Below the pieces are notes generated by a model that saw only the letters and a list, made by a program, of their open reading frames with translations, did not search any database and was not told where the DNA came from. Source: an uncultured cyanobacterium (GTDB taxonomy: Bacteria; Cyanobacteriota; Cyanobacteriia; CAKZMO01). From it: DNA of 64,000 nt. Positions 29,074 through 38,319 of the stretch are shown one piece after another. The translations under genes were made by a program, and so were the position numbers. Where the stretch lies: contig CAVRCJ010000010.1 in the NCBI GenBank assembly GCA_963719515.1, forward strand, positions 672,001 to 736,000. Reading direction: 5' to 3'. The number at the start of each line of letters is the position of its first letter. The stretch's first letter is position 1.

Positions 29074-29721
29074 TCAAACAATGTCCAGCTGTCTGGATAG
29101 GTAGAAATGGGTGTAGGCAATCATCTCCCCCAAAACCACGCGGACGCCGCTGCTGGTGCGCCACCAGCAAGCCGGCTCGTACTCCTGGGGCACAGCAGCA
29201 AGAACGCCAACCTGGACCTCAGGCGTGAGGGCAGCGCGGCACAGTTCCCAAGTTCGGCGGGCGTGTGGCCCTAGAGAATAGAGGTTGACCGTCTGGAGGG
29301 CAACGTCAGCGTCCTGGAGCCCTTGACGGAGAGCGATCGCTAGAGACGCCGTGCGCCGCACCGCAATTGCGCTATGGGGTAAAGCAATAACCCTGTTGGG
29401 ATCAACGCCCAGAGCCACCAGCGTTGCCGCCGAAAGGTCGGCAAAGGTCTGGTGGGCAACCAGATAGCTGCCGTGCCGGATGGGAGGCCCCGTCGTAATA
29501 ATCAGCTGGTAGCTGCCCCGGCGAAATTCAGCAGCGGCGGCGGCGATCGCGTAGTCTGGCATCCAGCCTTCTATCACCAGAGCATCGGCGTCAGGAATGG
29601 GCCGATTGGGGGCAAGAAAGGGATAGACATCGGCCCAGACGACAACGGCGGCGGCAATCGCGCAAGCGACCATAGCCAAAGAATACTGAAGCGCGTGCCA
29701 AAGCCGCTGGAAATGCCGCAT
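29074..29721 (-). CDS. YdcF/DUF218-family protein
   Basis: LVIEGW, ITTGPP, GPHARRT, WWRTSSG. Confidence 0.8.
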   Translation of the reverse strand: MRHFQRLWHALQYSLAMVACAIAAAVVVWADVYPFLAPNRPIPDADALVIEGWMPDYAIAAAAAEFRRGSYQLIITTGPPIRHGSYLVAHQTFADLSAATLVALGVDPNRVIALPHSAIAVRRTASLAIALRQGLQDADVALQTVNLYSLGPHARRTWELCRAALTPEVQVGVLAAVPQEYEPACWWRTSSGVRVVLGEMIAYTHFYLSRQLDIV

Positions 29722-29813
29722 AGCGTTAACTCAAAACAACCACTGTCTTAGCATTACACTGGTATATATGGCGATACCAAATCGCCCGCGAATGCTGTGT
29801 TAGAGGAGGAGAT

Positions 29814-30509
29814 ATGGCGGGAGGACAGCTGCTGCTGGTGGACGACGAGCCCGGACTGCGCGAAGCGGTGCAGGCCTACTTAGAAGACAGTGGATTTGCG
29901 GTGCAGGTGGCCAGCAACGCCACGGATGGTTGGGAGAAGCTGCAGCAGTTTTTGCCCGACCTAGTGATCACCGATATCATGATGCCCAAGGTCAACGGCT
30001 ACGAGTTTTTGAAGCAGATGCGGGCGGACGATCGCCTCAAAACGCTTCCCGTAGTGTTCCTCACCGCCCGAGGCATGACTAGCGATCGCATTCAGGGCTA
30101 CCAAGCGGGCTGTGATGCCTATATCTCCAAGCCTTTCGACCCCGACGAGCTGGTGGCCGTCGTAGAAGGCCTCTTAGATCGGCGGGCAGCCGTGCGCACA
30201 GAAGTCTCTAGCGGTGAGAACCCCGACATTGCCGAGATGGCCCGTCAGATCGCGGAAATCCGCGCCATGCTGGGGCAGCGAGGTAGCGCGATTCAGACCA
30301 CCAGCTCTGTTGATATCGACTTCACCCCCCGCGAGAAGAGCGTTCTAGATTTGGTGGCAGAAGGGCTGATGAACAAAGAAATCGCTCGCCGGTTGGAGAC
30401 GAGCGTGCGCAACGTGGAGAAATACGTCAGCCGCCTATTTAGCAAGACGGGAACCAACAGCCGCACCGAGCTGGTGCGCTATGCCCTAGAAAACGGACTG
30501 ACGAAGTAG
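29814..30509 (+). CDS. ycf29: NarL/LuxR-family response regulator (Ycf29/Rre1-like)
   Basis: REC domain (VDDE, DIMMP, KPF) + HTH EGLMNKEIARRLETSVRNVEKYVSRL. Confidence 0.85.
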   Translation: MAGGQLLLVDDEPGLREAVQAYLEDSGFAVQVASNATDGWEKLQQFLPDLVITDIMMPKVNGYEFLKQMRADDRLKTLPVVFLTARGMTSDRIQGYQAGCDAYISKPFDPDELVAVVEGLLDRRAAVRTEVSSGENPDIAEMARQIAEIRAMLGQRGSAIQTTSSVDIDFTPREKSVLDLVAEGLMNKEIARRLETSVRNVEKYVSRLFSKTGTNSRTELVRYALENGLTK

Positions 30510-30519
30510 GGACTTTGCC

Positions 30520-31338
30520 CTAAGGCGTCAGCGTCACAATCATCTCGTCGATATAGGGATTGAGCGCCTCTAGGCCGCCGTTGGCAGAAGAATACTGCGA
30601 GTCTCCCGATAGCGCCTGATAGGGCTGAGAGGAGTCGATCGCCATGCGCAGGATTAGATCGCCGTCGTACTGAGCGAGTCGACTACTGTCCAACAGCACC
30701 GTACCGCCGTAGTCCCAGCCGAAGCCGTAGAACTCAAACTCGCCCGCCACCTGCTCGAACTCACTCAGAGGCATGCCGACGTAAACGCCCTCGGAAGTCC
30801 GCCACGCTGGCCCTAGGTCACGGACTTCCCGGACGCCAGATTGAGTCGCGTCAGTCCAGATGAGGCTGAGCGTCAGTCCATCGTCCAAGGCAATCTCGAC
30901 CCCCGGTTCGGTGAAGCCTTCACCGACCGGCACGGTGATATCGATGAGCTGCTGCTCCCCGAACAGAGCGGCTAAATCCTGGCGCGTGGTGCTGCGGGTG
31001 ATGGGGCCGACCCGCTCCCCTGGAATGACGGTGGTATCGTATCCCGCTTGGGGCGGCGCTTGGGGTGACTGTGTCTGAGACGGTGAGCGCTGCGGGGTTT
31101 GAGCCTGCTGCGCCGACCTTTGGGTCTCGGGCTGTGGTTCGGTCGGAGAAGACGCGACTGGCTGCTCGGTGGAATTCACCCCGGTGGGCTCCTCAAGCGA
31201 GGCAGAACCTGGCTCAGTAGAGGCGGCGTCAATTGTATTAGAGTGGTTGTCTGACGTCAGCGCCAGCAGGGTACCGCCCCCGGCTGCAAGTAAAAGCACC
31301 AAGGACAGTAGGGGAATGAATGGCCGTTTAGTTGTCAT
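30520..31338 (-). CDS. hypothetical exported/membrane-anchored protein
   Basis: N-terminal TM, Pro/Gln-rich linker, YGFGWDYGG domain. Confidence 0.7.
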   Translation of the reverse strand: MTTKRPFIPLLSLVLLLAAGGGTLLALTSDNHSNTIDAASTEPGSASLEEPTGVNSTEQPVASSPTEPQPETQRSAQQAQTPQRSPSQTQSPQAPPQAGYDTTVIPGERVGPITRSTTRQDLAALFGEQQLIDITVPVGEGFTEPGVEIALDDGLTLSLIWTDATQSGVREVRDLGPAWRTSEGVYVGMPLSEFEQVAGEFEFYGFGWDYGGTVLLDSSRLAQYDGDLILRMAIDSSQPYQALSGDSQYSSANGGLEALNPYIDEMIVTLTP

Positions 31339-31632
31339 AAATGCACGCTCCTGTAAGCGCTGTAACCGGGCCTCAGGATTGTCTGAAGCGCGGTGTAAAC
31401 CGACCTGAGACCGAAGCTTGAACATGATTGTACTTTAGCCTTTCGGGCCGGGTGAGCAGGGCGATCGCCTTGACACTTTCCGCTTTGACACGCTAGCGCA
31501 ACCTGCCCAGCTGCCTCAAGCGGCGGTTGCATAACACAATATGACACATCTTTCGGTCCACCCATTGAACCGTCATTTGGCACGTATGATGGAAATCGTG
31601 TGCTCTGCAGCGAAAAATTAAGGACGCCTGTG

Positions 31633-32712
31633 ATGGATCAGCCCCAAGCAACGCAAAATATTGTTGACACCCATATCGAATCCTACGAGCGGCTGCTCTC
31701 CCCCAAGGAACTGATGGCCCAGATGCCCCTCAGCCCAAAGGCTATGGAGACGGTCATCAAAGGGCGAGAGGCGATCGCCAACATCATCGATGGCCACGAC
31801 TCGCGCCAGTTTGTTGTTGTGGGTCCCTGCTCCATTCACGATCTAGACGTAGCCTTCGACTACGCCCGCCGCCTCAAGGCCCTCTCAGAGAAGGTGAGCG
31901 ATCGCCTGCTGCTGGTGATGCGGGTGTACTTTGAGAAACCGCGCACCACCGTCGGCTGGAAAGGCTTGATCAACGACCCGCTGCTTGACGGCTCCTTTCA
32001 GGTGCAGCACGGTCTTCATGTAGCGCGGCAGCTGCTCCTACAGCTCGCAGAGCTAGGGCTTCCAGCGGGCAGCGAGGCGCTGGACCCCATTACCCCCCAG
32101 TACATCAGCGATCTGATTTCCTGGTACGCCATTGGCGCCCGTACGATTGAGTCCCAAACCCACCGTGAGATGACCAGCGGCCTATCGGTGCCCGTCGGTC
32201 TGAAAAACGGCACCGACGGCAACGTCAAAGTGGCGATCGATGCCCTGCAGGCTTCCCGCAACCCGCACCATTTCCTGGGCATCGACGCAGAGGGGCAAGT
32301 GGGCGTCATCCGCACAAAGGGCAACCCTTACGGCCATGTGATTTTGCGGGGGGGCGGCGGCAAGCCCAACTGCGACGCAGAAACCGTGCGCTGGGTGGAG
32401 TCAGCCCTTGCCGAGCGTGATCTACCTCAGCGCTTGGTCATCGACTGCAGCCACGGCAACTCTAACAAAGACCATCGCCGTCAGCCTGTAGTGGCCCAGC
32501 AGGTGGTCGATCAGCTGCTGGCAGGCAACCGCTCCATCATCGGCATGATGCTAGAGTCGAATATCCATGAGGGCAATCAGCCTATTCCCAGCGATCGCGC
32601 CGACCTCAAGTACGGGACTTCCATCACCGATAAGTGCATCAGCTGGGACGAGACAGAAAACCTGATTTTGGGCATCCATGAGCGGCTGAAAGTTCCAGTA
32701 GCCTGTCATTAA
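31633..32712 (+). CDS. aroF: 3-deoxy-7-phosphoheptulonate (DAHP) synthase, class I-alpha
   Basis: GPCSIHD, RVYFEKPRTTVGWKG, IGART, DCSHGNS. Confidence 0.93.
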   Translation: MDQPQATQNIVDTHIESYERLLSPKELMAQMPLSPKAMETVIKGREAIANIIDGHDSRQFVVVGPCSIHDLDVAFDYARRLKALSEKVSDRLLLVMRVYFEKPRTTVGWKGLINDPLLDGSFQVQHGLHVARQLLLQLAELGLPAGSEALDPITPQYISDLISWYAIGARTIESQTHREMTSGLSVPVGLKNGTDGNVKVAIDALQASRNPHHFLGIDAEGQVGVIRTKGNPYGHVILRGGGGKPNCDAETVRWVESALAERDLPQRLVIDCSHGNSNKDHRRQPVVAQQVVDQLLAGNRSIIGMMLESNIHEGNQPIPSDRADLKYGTSITDKCISWDETENLILGIHERLKVPVACH

Positions 32713-32718
32713 GCATCA

Positions 32719-33471
32719 GTGATAGACTTCTGGACGCAAACCAGCGGTACCTGGATCAACGTCTTCACCGTCATTGCAGGGACAGCGGTTGGACTGTCCC
32801 TGCGCGATCGCTTGCCCCAGCCGATGCAGCGGGTGATTACTCAAGGGCTGGGCCTCATCACTCTGCTGCTAGGGGCGGAAATGGGCCGTGGCCTGTTTGA
32901 CCTGCAGGCCGGAGCTGTGGACGGCGTGATTGTAGGACTGCTCGCCCTAGTGGGCGGCGGACTCTTAGGAGAATGGTGGGGCCTTGAGGGCAGGCTAGAG
33001 GCCGTGGGAAACTGGCTCAAGCGTCGTTTTCAGGGGCAGGGGCGCTTTACTGATGGTTTCGTGGCCGCTAGCCTGCTGTTCTGCATTGGCCCTTTAGCCC
33101 TGATCGGCAGCCTCAACAATGGTCTCACCGGCGACAACGCTCTGCTGGTGATCAAAGCTGTGATGGATGGTTTAGCCTCAGTTGCTCTCACCAGCACCTT
33201 TGGCGTCGGGGTGGGGTTTTCAGCCCTGCCGATTTTGCTTTACCAGGGCGGCCTCTCCTTAGGTGCGGCCACCTTTGCCCAAATTCTTCCGGACCCTGCC
33301 ACCTCTCCGGCTATCTTGGCCTCTACGGGGGTAGGCGGGCTGATCATTATGGGGTTGGGGTTGACTCTGCTAGAAGCAACGCAGGTTCGAATTGCTTCCC
33401 TCTTACCGGCTTTGGCGCTGGCTCCCCTGCTGTATTTAGCCGGAGCAGCGCTGACGGTGGCGCCGGGGTAA
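32719..33471 (+). CDS. DUF554-family membrane protein
   Basis: GFVAASLLFCIGPL...KAVMDG; multiple TM segments. Confidence 0.9.
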   Translation: MIDFWTQTSGTWINVFTVIAGTAVGLSLRDRLPQPMQRVITQGLGLITLLLGAEMGRGLFDLQAGAVDGVIVGLLALVGGGLLGEWWGLEGRLEAVGNWLKRRFQGQGRFTDGFVAASLLFCIGPLALIGSLNNGLTGDNALLVIKAVMDGLASVALTSTFGVGVGFSALPILLYQGGLSLGAATFAQILPDPATSPAILASTGVGGLIIMGLGLTLLEATQVRIASLLPALALAPLLYLAGAALTVAPG

Positions 33472-34760
33472 AGAGATTGTCCCCACTGCGGTGGGGTACG
33501 CTGCACTCCAATCCTCTGTGACATCCTCCCGACGCTGATGCTACGCATACAGCGCGGGCTTCCTAAGTGACTCCCAGCTACCGCTGAGACATTTCCTGAG
33601 AGATTAAGGGCTTGATGTCCCACAGCCCTATTCAATAGGTTGATAGCCGCGTTGTGGTCGCGACAGATCGTTAAGCCGCATGACGGGCAACTATGGACCC
33701 GATCGGCCAGCGTCTTTGGTACCCGCTCACCACAACCCGAGCAATCAATGCTGGTTCCGCGTGGGTTCTCAGCGAGGGTCATCTTTCCAGCTTTCGCGGC
33801 TTTGAAAGAGCCTATCTCCAAGAATGTACCCCATGCGGCATCAGCGATTGACTTTGCCAGTCTGGTTCGAGCAAGTCCTTTGATGTTGAGCTTTTCATGA
33901 GCGACAACATCGTACTTTGAGAACAGCCAATCCCACACCTTAGAAAAGAAATCACGACGCTGACGCGATATCTTTAGGTGTAGTTTGGCGATACGATTCA
34001 CCTGCTTACGCCAGCGGTTAGAGCTCTTCTTCTGTCTCGATAGCTGCCGCTGCAGCTTGGATAGCTGCCGCTCTGAGCGTCGAAAGAACTGAGGGATAGG
34101 AACGCTCTCACCGTCACTGGTAACCAAGAAATCCTTCAGCCCAACATCAACACCGACAGACTTAGCCCTATCGACATCCGGAGTAAGCATCGGAACGGCA
34201 TTGTTTTCCAGTAACAGGCTCACATACCAACCATCTGCTTTGCGAGTCACCTTGGCGGTTTTGACAGTAAACCCATCAGGTATCGGGCGATGAAGGATTA
34301 GCTTCACCTGGCCAATCTTAGGCAGGGTAATACGACTTCCATCGATGCAGTCAGGTTTCATCTGCGGGAACGTGAACGTCCTGTAGCGCCCCGCGCCTTT
34401 GAACCGAGGCTTGCCGCTACGCTTACCGTTTTTATCACCTTTGATGAAACGCTCGAACGTCTGCTTTACCTGCTTCGTCACCTCCTGAAGCGCTTGTGAG
34501 TGCAAATCTTTGTACCAGGGCCGCTCTCGCTTGAGAGGTACTAGGCTAGCCTTCTGGCTGTAGTAATTAGGATTATCTTTGAGTGGCGCAAGGCTACAGG
34601 TGAGTGGGCAGGCGTTGACCGAACAGCGGTTCATCTCCCACCAGTTGAATCGCTCAGCCAGCAACCAGTTGTACTGTGCCCGAAGCATATCTAGCCATCG
34701 GGTCATAGTAACCGTTTGCTCAGCCGTTGGACGCAACTTGTACTGATAAGTGACTTTCAT
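33240..34760 (-). CDS. tnpB: RNA-guided endonuclease TnpB (intact RuvC)
   Basis: YQYKLRP HTH; VGVDVGL, VAHEKL, CSGCG/CPSCG, RDHNAAIN; ORF reads through the right end. Confidence 0.9.
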   Translation of the reverse strand: MKVTYQYKLRPTAEQTVTMTRWLDMLRAQYNWLLAERFNWWEMNRCSVNACPLTCSLAPLKDNPNYYSQKASLVPLKRERPWYKDLHSQALQEVTKQVKQTFERFIKGDKNGKRSGKPRFKGAGRYRTFTFPQMKPDCIDGSRITLPKIGQVKLILHRPIPDGFTVKTAKVTRKADGWYVSLLLENNAVPMLTPDVDRAKSVGVDVGLKDFLVTSDGESVPIPQFFRRSERQLSKLQRQLSRQKKSSNRWRKQVNRIAKLHLKISRQRRDFFSKVWDWLFSKYDVVAHEKLNIKGLARTRLAKSIADAAWGTFLEIGSFKAAKAGKMTLAENPRGTSIDCSGCGERVPKTLADRVHSCPSCGLTICRDHNAAINLLNRAVGHQALNLSGNVSAVAGSHLGSPRCMRSISVGRMSQRIGVQRTPPQWGQSLYPGATVSAAPAKYSRGASAKAGKREAIRTCVASSRVNPNPIMISPPTPVEAKIAGEVAGSGRIWAKVAAPKERPPW

Positions 34761-35000
34761 GCAATAATGATAGCATATTGACATCAGAACGACATGCAGC
34801 AAATAACTATTAGAGCCGCTGACAGAGAAAAGCAGCATCTTGACAAGTATTGTGAGATGACCGAAAGAACTATCAACGATGTCCTTAGGGAGTACATCCG
34901 AAGTTTGGCCGTCTCCGGGGCATTGAGCCCCATCGACGACCGCGACTCTCATCCCGACGCTCACCCTGACGGGTAGAGCGCGGGGCTTCCCGTCTAGTAG
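33518..35000 (-). mobile_element. IS200/IS605-family element carrying tnpB and a small RHH gene, no tnpA
   Basis: Related subterminal hairpins CCCGACGCT...AGCGCGGG(G)CTTCC at ~33528-33563 and ~34953-34990; right end GGATGTCAC on the minus strand. Confidence 0.8.
34794..34976 (+). CDS. ribbon-helix-helix (CopG-like) protein
   Basis: QITIR beta strand then LDKYC and INDVLREYIRSL helices; divergent from tnpB. Confidence 0.6.
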   Translation: MQQITIRAADREKQHLDKYCEMTERTINDVLREYIRSLAVSGALSPIDDRDSHPDAHPDG

Positions 35001-35217
35001 CTAAAAAATCTCACCCAAGGCCAACAAGCTAAACCCGACGGCCCAAGACCAGCTCCGGAAATCCCCACTCAGCCTATGGCGGTTTTCTCCCCCTCAGTAG
35101 AGGTGAACCTCCCAGATCCCCTAGATATTATAGGGGTATAAGCGCTTTAGCCCGATTAGCACCGATTTTAACTCAGTCGTGGGCTAGCCCGCCGAGGCGC
35201 ACGTACGAGGTAAAAGA

Positions 35218-36096
35218 ATGAATCAGTTCAAAACAGTCGGTTTACTAGGACTGCTGAGCGGTCTTTTGATTGCTATTAGCTACTGGACGATTGGTGGCAC
35301 AGGCGGCGTGCTAATCGGCGTGGCGATCGCCGCTGCGACTAACTTGGGCTCTTGGTACTACTCAGACCGCATTGCGCTGTCGGTCTACCGCGCCCAGCCC
35401 GTTGGCCCTACTGAAGCCCCGGACCTACACCGCATGGTGAAAAAGCTAAGCGATCGCGCTAGCTTACCCATGCCCGCCGTCTACGTAATTCCGACCGAGT
35501 CTCTCAACGCCTTTGCCACCGGACGCGACCCCGAGCACGCCGCTGTGGCCGTCACTAAGGGCATCATGGACATGCTGCCTGCCGACGAACTTGAAGGCGT
35601 GCTGGCCCATGAGATGACTCACATTCGCAACCGCGATACCCTAACCCAAGCCGTAGCGGCCACCTTGGGCGGGGCCGTATCGTTCCTGGCGCAGATGGTG
35701 AGCTACAGCATGTGGTTTGGTGGCATGTCAAGAGACGACAACCGGGGAGCTAATCCGCTCGGTCTACTGCTCACGGTAATGCTAGCGCCCATGGCCGCCA
35801 CCGTCATTCAGCTTGGCATCTCCCGCACCAGAGAGTACAGCGCCGATGCGGGTGCGGCTGAGCTAACGGGCAACCCCCGAGCGCTGGCAAGTGCCCTGCA
35901 GCGTTTAGACCAAAGCGCTCGCCGCATGCCCATCCAGGCCAACCCGGCATTTGAGCCCCTGTTGATTATGAACGCCCTTCCTAAGGCTGGGCTCAACAAC
36001 CTGTTCTCGACCCACCCCTCTACTGAAGATCGAGTCAATCGACTACTGCAGCTTGAGGAAGGCGTGAGCCAAAGCGTAAGCAATACGGCCCGCTAA
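35218..36096 (+). CDS. htpX: zinc metalloprotease HtpX
   Basis: NAFATG, AHEMTH, SRTREYSAD, FSTHP. Confidence 0.96.
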   Translation: MNQFKTVGLLGLLSGLLIAISYWTIGGTGGVLIGVAIAAATNLGSWYYSDRIALSVYRAQPVGPTEAPDLHRMVKKLSDRASLPMPAVYVIPTESLNAFATGRDPEHAAVAVTKGIMDMLPADELEGVLAHEMTHIRNRDTLTQAVAATLGGAVSFLAQMVSYSMWFGGMSRDDNRGANPLGLLLTVMLAPMAATVIQLGISRTREYSADAGAAELTGNPRALASALQRLDQSARRMPIQANPAFEPLLIMNALPKAGLNNLFSTHPSTEDRVNRLLQLEEGVSQSVSNTAR

Positions 36097-36130
36097 TGAG
36101 CTTGGGCAGCTCGACTGGCAAGCCGCCCAC

Positions 36131-36164
36131 TTTCCTGTTGACTGTGCTTTCCTGTTGACTGTGC
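36131..36164 (+). repeat. 17-bp tandem duplication
   Basis: TTTCCTGTTGACTGTGC x2. Confidence 0.9.
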
Positions 36165-36239
36165 TTTTATAGAGTGGCTTGCTTCAACAGTGCTAAAGCG
36201 GTGCTGACCGACGCCATTGATGATTAAGGAGACAATTTT

Positions 36240-36677
36240 ATGACACCGAACGACAACTTGAATGCAGGCATTCCTGAGGCGGGCGCTGCCCCAGAAGACG
36301 AGGCCATTGTAAAAGCAGGGGGGGCGAACGATCCTACAACACTGCCCGAAGTCCCAGCAACCCCGGAAGTGCTCAGTGCGGAGACCCAAAGGCTTGCCGA
36401 AGCCATTCGCACCCGAGCAATGTCTGAAGCCACGGCAGCAGGGGACTTGGCCCGCGATGCGTACCTCAGCGCAGTGCGGCAGGCGCGCCAAAACGTCGAG
36501 CACAACAAGTTGGTTGACCCCAACGAACTTGAGAAGGCGATCGCCCAGCTGCAGCTTGAGGCCGAGAAGAACTGGCAAACTCTGGTGGACGACGTTGCAA
36601 CGTTTGGCGATCGCCTCTCTGAGGCAGCAAAAGCGGCTTGGGAGACCTTCACGCAGGAGCGTCCCCCTAAGGCGTAG
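36240..36677 (+). CDS. conserved cyanobacterial hypothetical protein
   Basis: AAGGAG RBS; RDAYLSAVRQAR, GDRLSEAAKAAWE. Confidence 0.75.
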   Translation: MTPNDNLNAGIPEAGAAPEDEAIVKAGGANDPTTLPEVPATPEVLSAETQRLAEAIRTRAMSEATAAGDLARDAYLSAVRQARQNVEHNKLVDPNELEKAIAQLQLEAEKNWQTLVDDVATFGDRLSEAAKAAWETFTQERPPKA

Positions 36678-36713
36678 CGCTTTCGGTCAATTCAGCCTAA
36701 CCGTTGGTTGAGT

Positions 36714-36748
36714 AAAGCGATAGAGGTGAGCGCCCTCTATCGCTTTTT
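36714..36748 (+). terminator. intrinsic terminator
   Basis: AAAGCGATAGAGG...CCTCTATCGCTTTTT. Confidence 0.75.
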
Positions 36749-36788
36749 CCAATGGCGCTTTCTACTAGCTACGAATAAGCCTATAGCC

Positions 36789-38270
36789 GAATGGCACTGA
36801 CGTAAGAGACAAAAAAAGGCTTCGAGCCCCATGATTAGGGACAATCAGGGGATCAAAGCCACAAAATACTGTCTCTACTATGCCGAATCGAGCCGAAATT
36901 CTCAAGCAGCAATACCAAAACAGTCTGGGCCTGCCGTTTGCCCAGGTGCTCAGCGAATCTCAAATTGCCCAGGTGCTAGAGGAACACCAAGTAACTTATC
37001 GACAAGTGCTTTACACGCCGATGGTGGTTGTGTGGGCGTGGATATCGCAAGTGATAGATGGTGACAGCAGCCTGAGCAACGCAGTCAAGCGGGTGACCAC
37101 CTGGATGGCGATGACAGGTGAGGCGGTGCCGTCATCGGATACTGGAGGGTATAGCAAAGCCCGCAAACGGCTGCCCTGGGCGATTCTCCCATCGTTACTC
37201 AAGCGCAGCGCGAGTGCCCTACACGCGCAAGTACCAGTTGAGCAGTACTGGTGTGGCAGACGGGTGAAAGCGTTTGATGGCACCGGAGTACAGATGAGCG
37301 ATACTGCTGCCAATCAGGCGGAATATCCGCAGGTGAGTACGCAAAAGCCCGGCTGTGGGTTTCCCATCGCCCGGGTGGTGGTGTGGTTTTGTCTGACCAG
37401 TGGAGCGGTACTCGAAGCGGCCATTGCTCCGTTTGGCACCAGCGAATGGCAACTGGCGCGGCAACTGTATGCCTGTTTGGCTCCAGAGGATGTGGTGGTA
37501 GCTGATTCCGCCTATGGCACCTATGCTGACTTAGCGCTTGTCCAGGCGGCTGGTGCTGATGGAGTGTTTCGCAAGCATCATGCTCGCCGCTGCGACTTTC
37601 GCCGAGGCAAGAAGCTGGGCATTGGCGACCACCGGGTCGTTTGGCAGCGCCCCGCCCGCTGTCCAGCCTCAATGAGCAGCGCAGCGTTTGAGTCGCTGCC
37701 GTTGTATCTGGAGGTGAGGGAAGTGCATCTACTGATTACTCAGCGCGGATTTCGGCCAACTGAGATCATTGTGGTGACCACCTTAAGCGATCCCAAACGC
37801 TATCCAAAGGCCAAGCTCATTGACCTCTATCACCAGCGCTGGCAGGCCACTGAGGTCAACCTCAAGCACCTCAAAACCACCCTAGGCATGGAGATGATTG
37901 CAGCCAAGACCCCACAGATGGTCAAAAAGGACCTATGGATGCACCTGCTCGCCTACAATCTGCTGCGCACCTTGATGTGGCAAGCCTCGGAGCGCTCAAC
38001 AGCAGCGGCATTGCGCTTGTCGCTGCAGGGCACAAGACAGCAGCTGAATCACGCCCGTCCTGCATTTATTGGCGCAACCCACCAGCAACGCTCCCAGCAG
38101 TATCAGATATTGCTGCGTCTGATTGCTCAGCTCATCGTTCCCTTTCGCCCCAATCGCCACGAACCGAGAGTGGTCAAACGCAGACCCAAGCCTTTTCCTC
38201 GCATGCAGCAACCGCGTTCTGTCCTCAAAGCTAAACTGGCAGCCTGATACAGCTTATGTCAGTGCCATTC
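36789..38270 (+). mobile_element. IS4-family insertion sequence
   Basis: IRs GAATGGCACTGAC/GTCAGTGCCATTC; 10-bp target duplication GCCTATAGCC at 36779-36788 and 38271-38280. Confidence 0.95.
36880..38247 (+). CDS. IS4-family DDE transposase
   Basis: FDGT, VADSAYG, YHQRWQATEVNLKHLK (YREK-like). Confidence 0.93.
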   Translation: MPNRAEILKQQYQNSLGLPFAQVLSESQIAQVLEEHQVTYRQVLYTPMVVVWAWISQVIDGDSSLSNAVKRVTTWMAMTGEAVPSSDTGGYSKARKRLPWAILPSLLKRSASALHAQVPVEQYWCGRRVKAFDGTGVQMSDTAANQAEYPQVSTQKPGCGFPIARVVVWFCLTSGAVLEAAIAPFGTSEWQLARQLYACLAPEDVVVADSAYGTYADLALVQAAGADGVFRKHHARRCDFRRGKKLGIGDHRVVWQRPARCPASMSSAAFESLPLYLEVREVHLLITQRGFRPTEIIVVTTLSDPKRYPKAKLIDLYHQRWQATEVNLKHLKTTLGMEMIAAKTPQMVKKDLWMHLLAYNLLRTLMWQASERSTAAALRLSLQGTRQQLNHARPAFIGATHQQRSQQYQILLRLIAQLIVPFRPNRHEPRVVKRRPKPFPRMQQPRSVLKAKLAA

Positions 38271-38319
38271 GCCTATAGCCCCCTATTGGAGCCACAAAAT
38301 TTCGGGTAAGCTATGGGCG

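Noticed and set aside
34761..34964. Extended tnpB N-terminus from the ORF track
   Set aside because: Homology starts at MKVTYQY (34760); the extension is antisense to the RHH ORF
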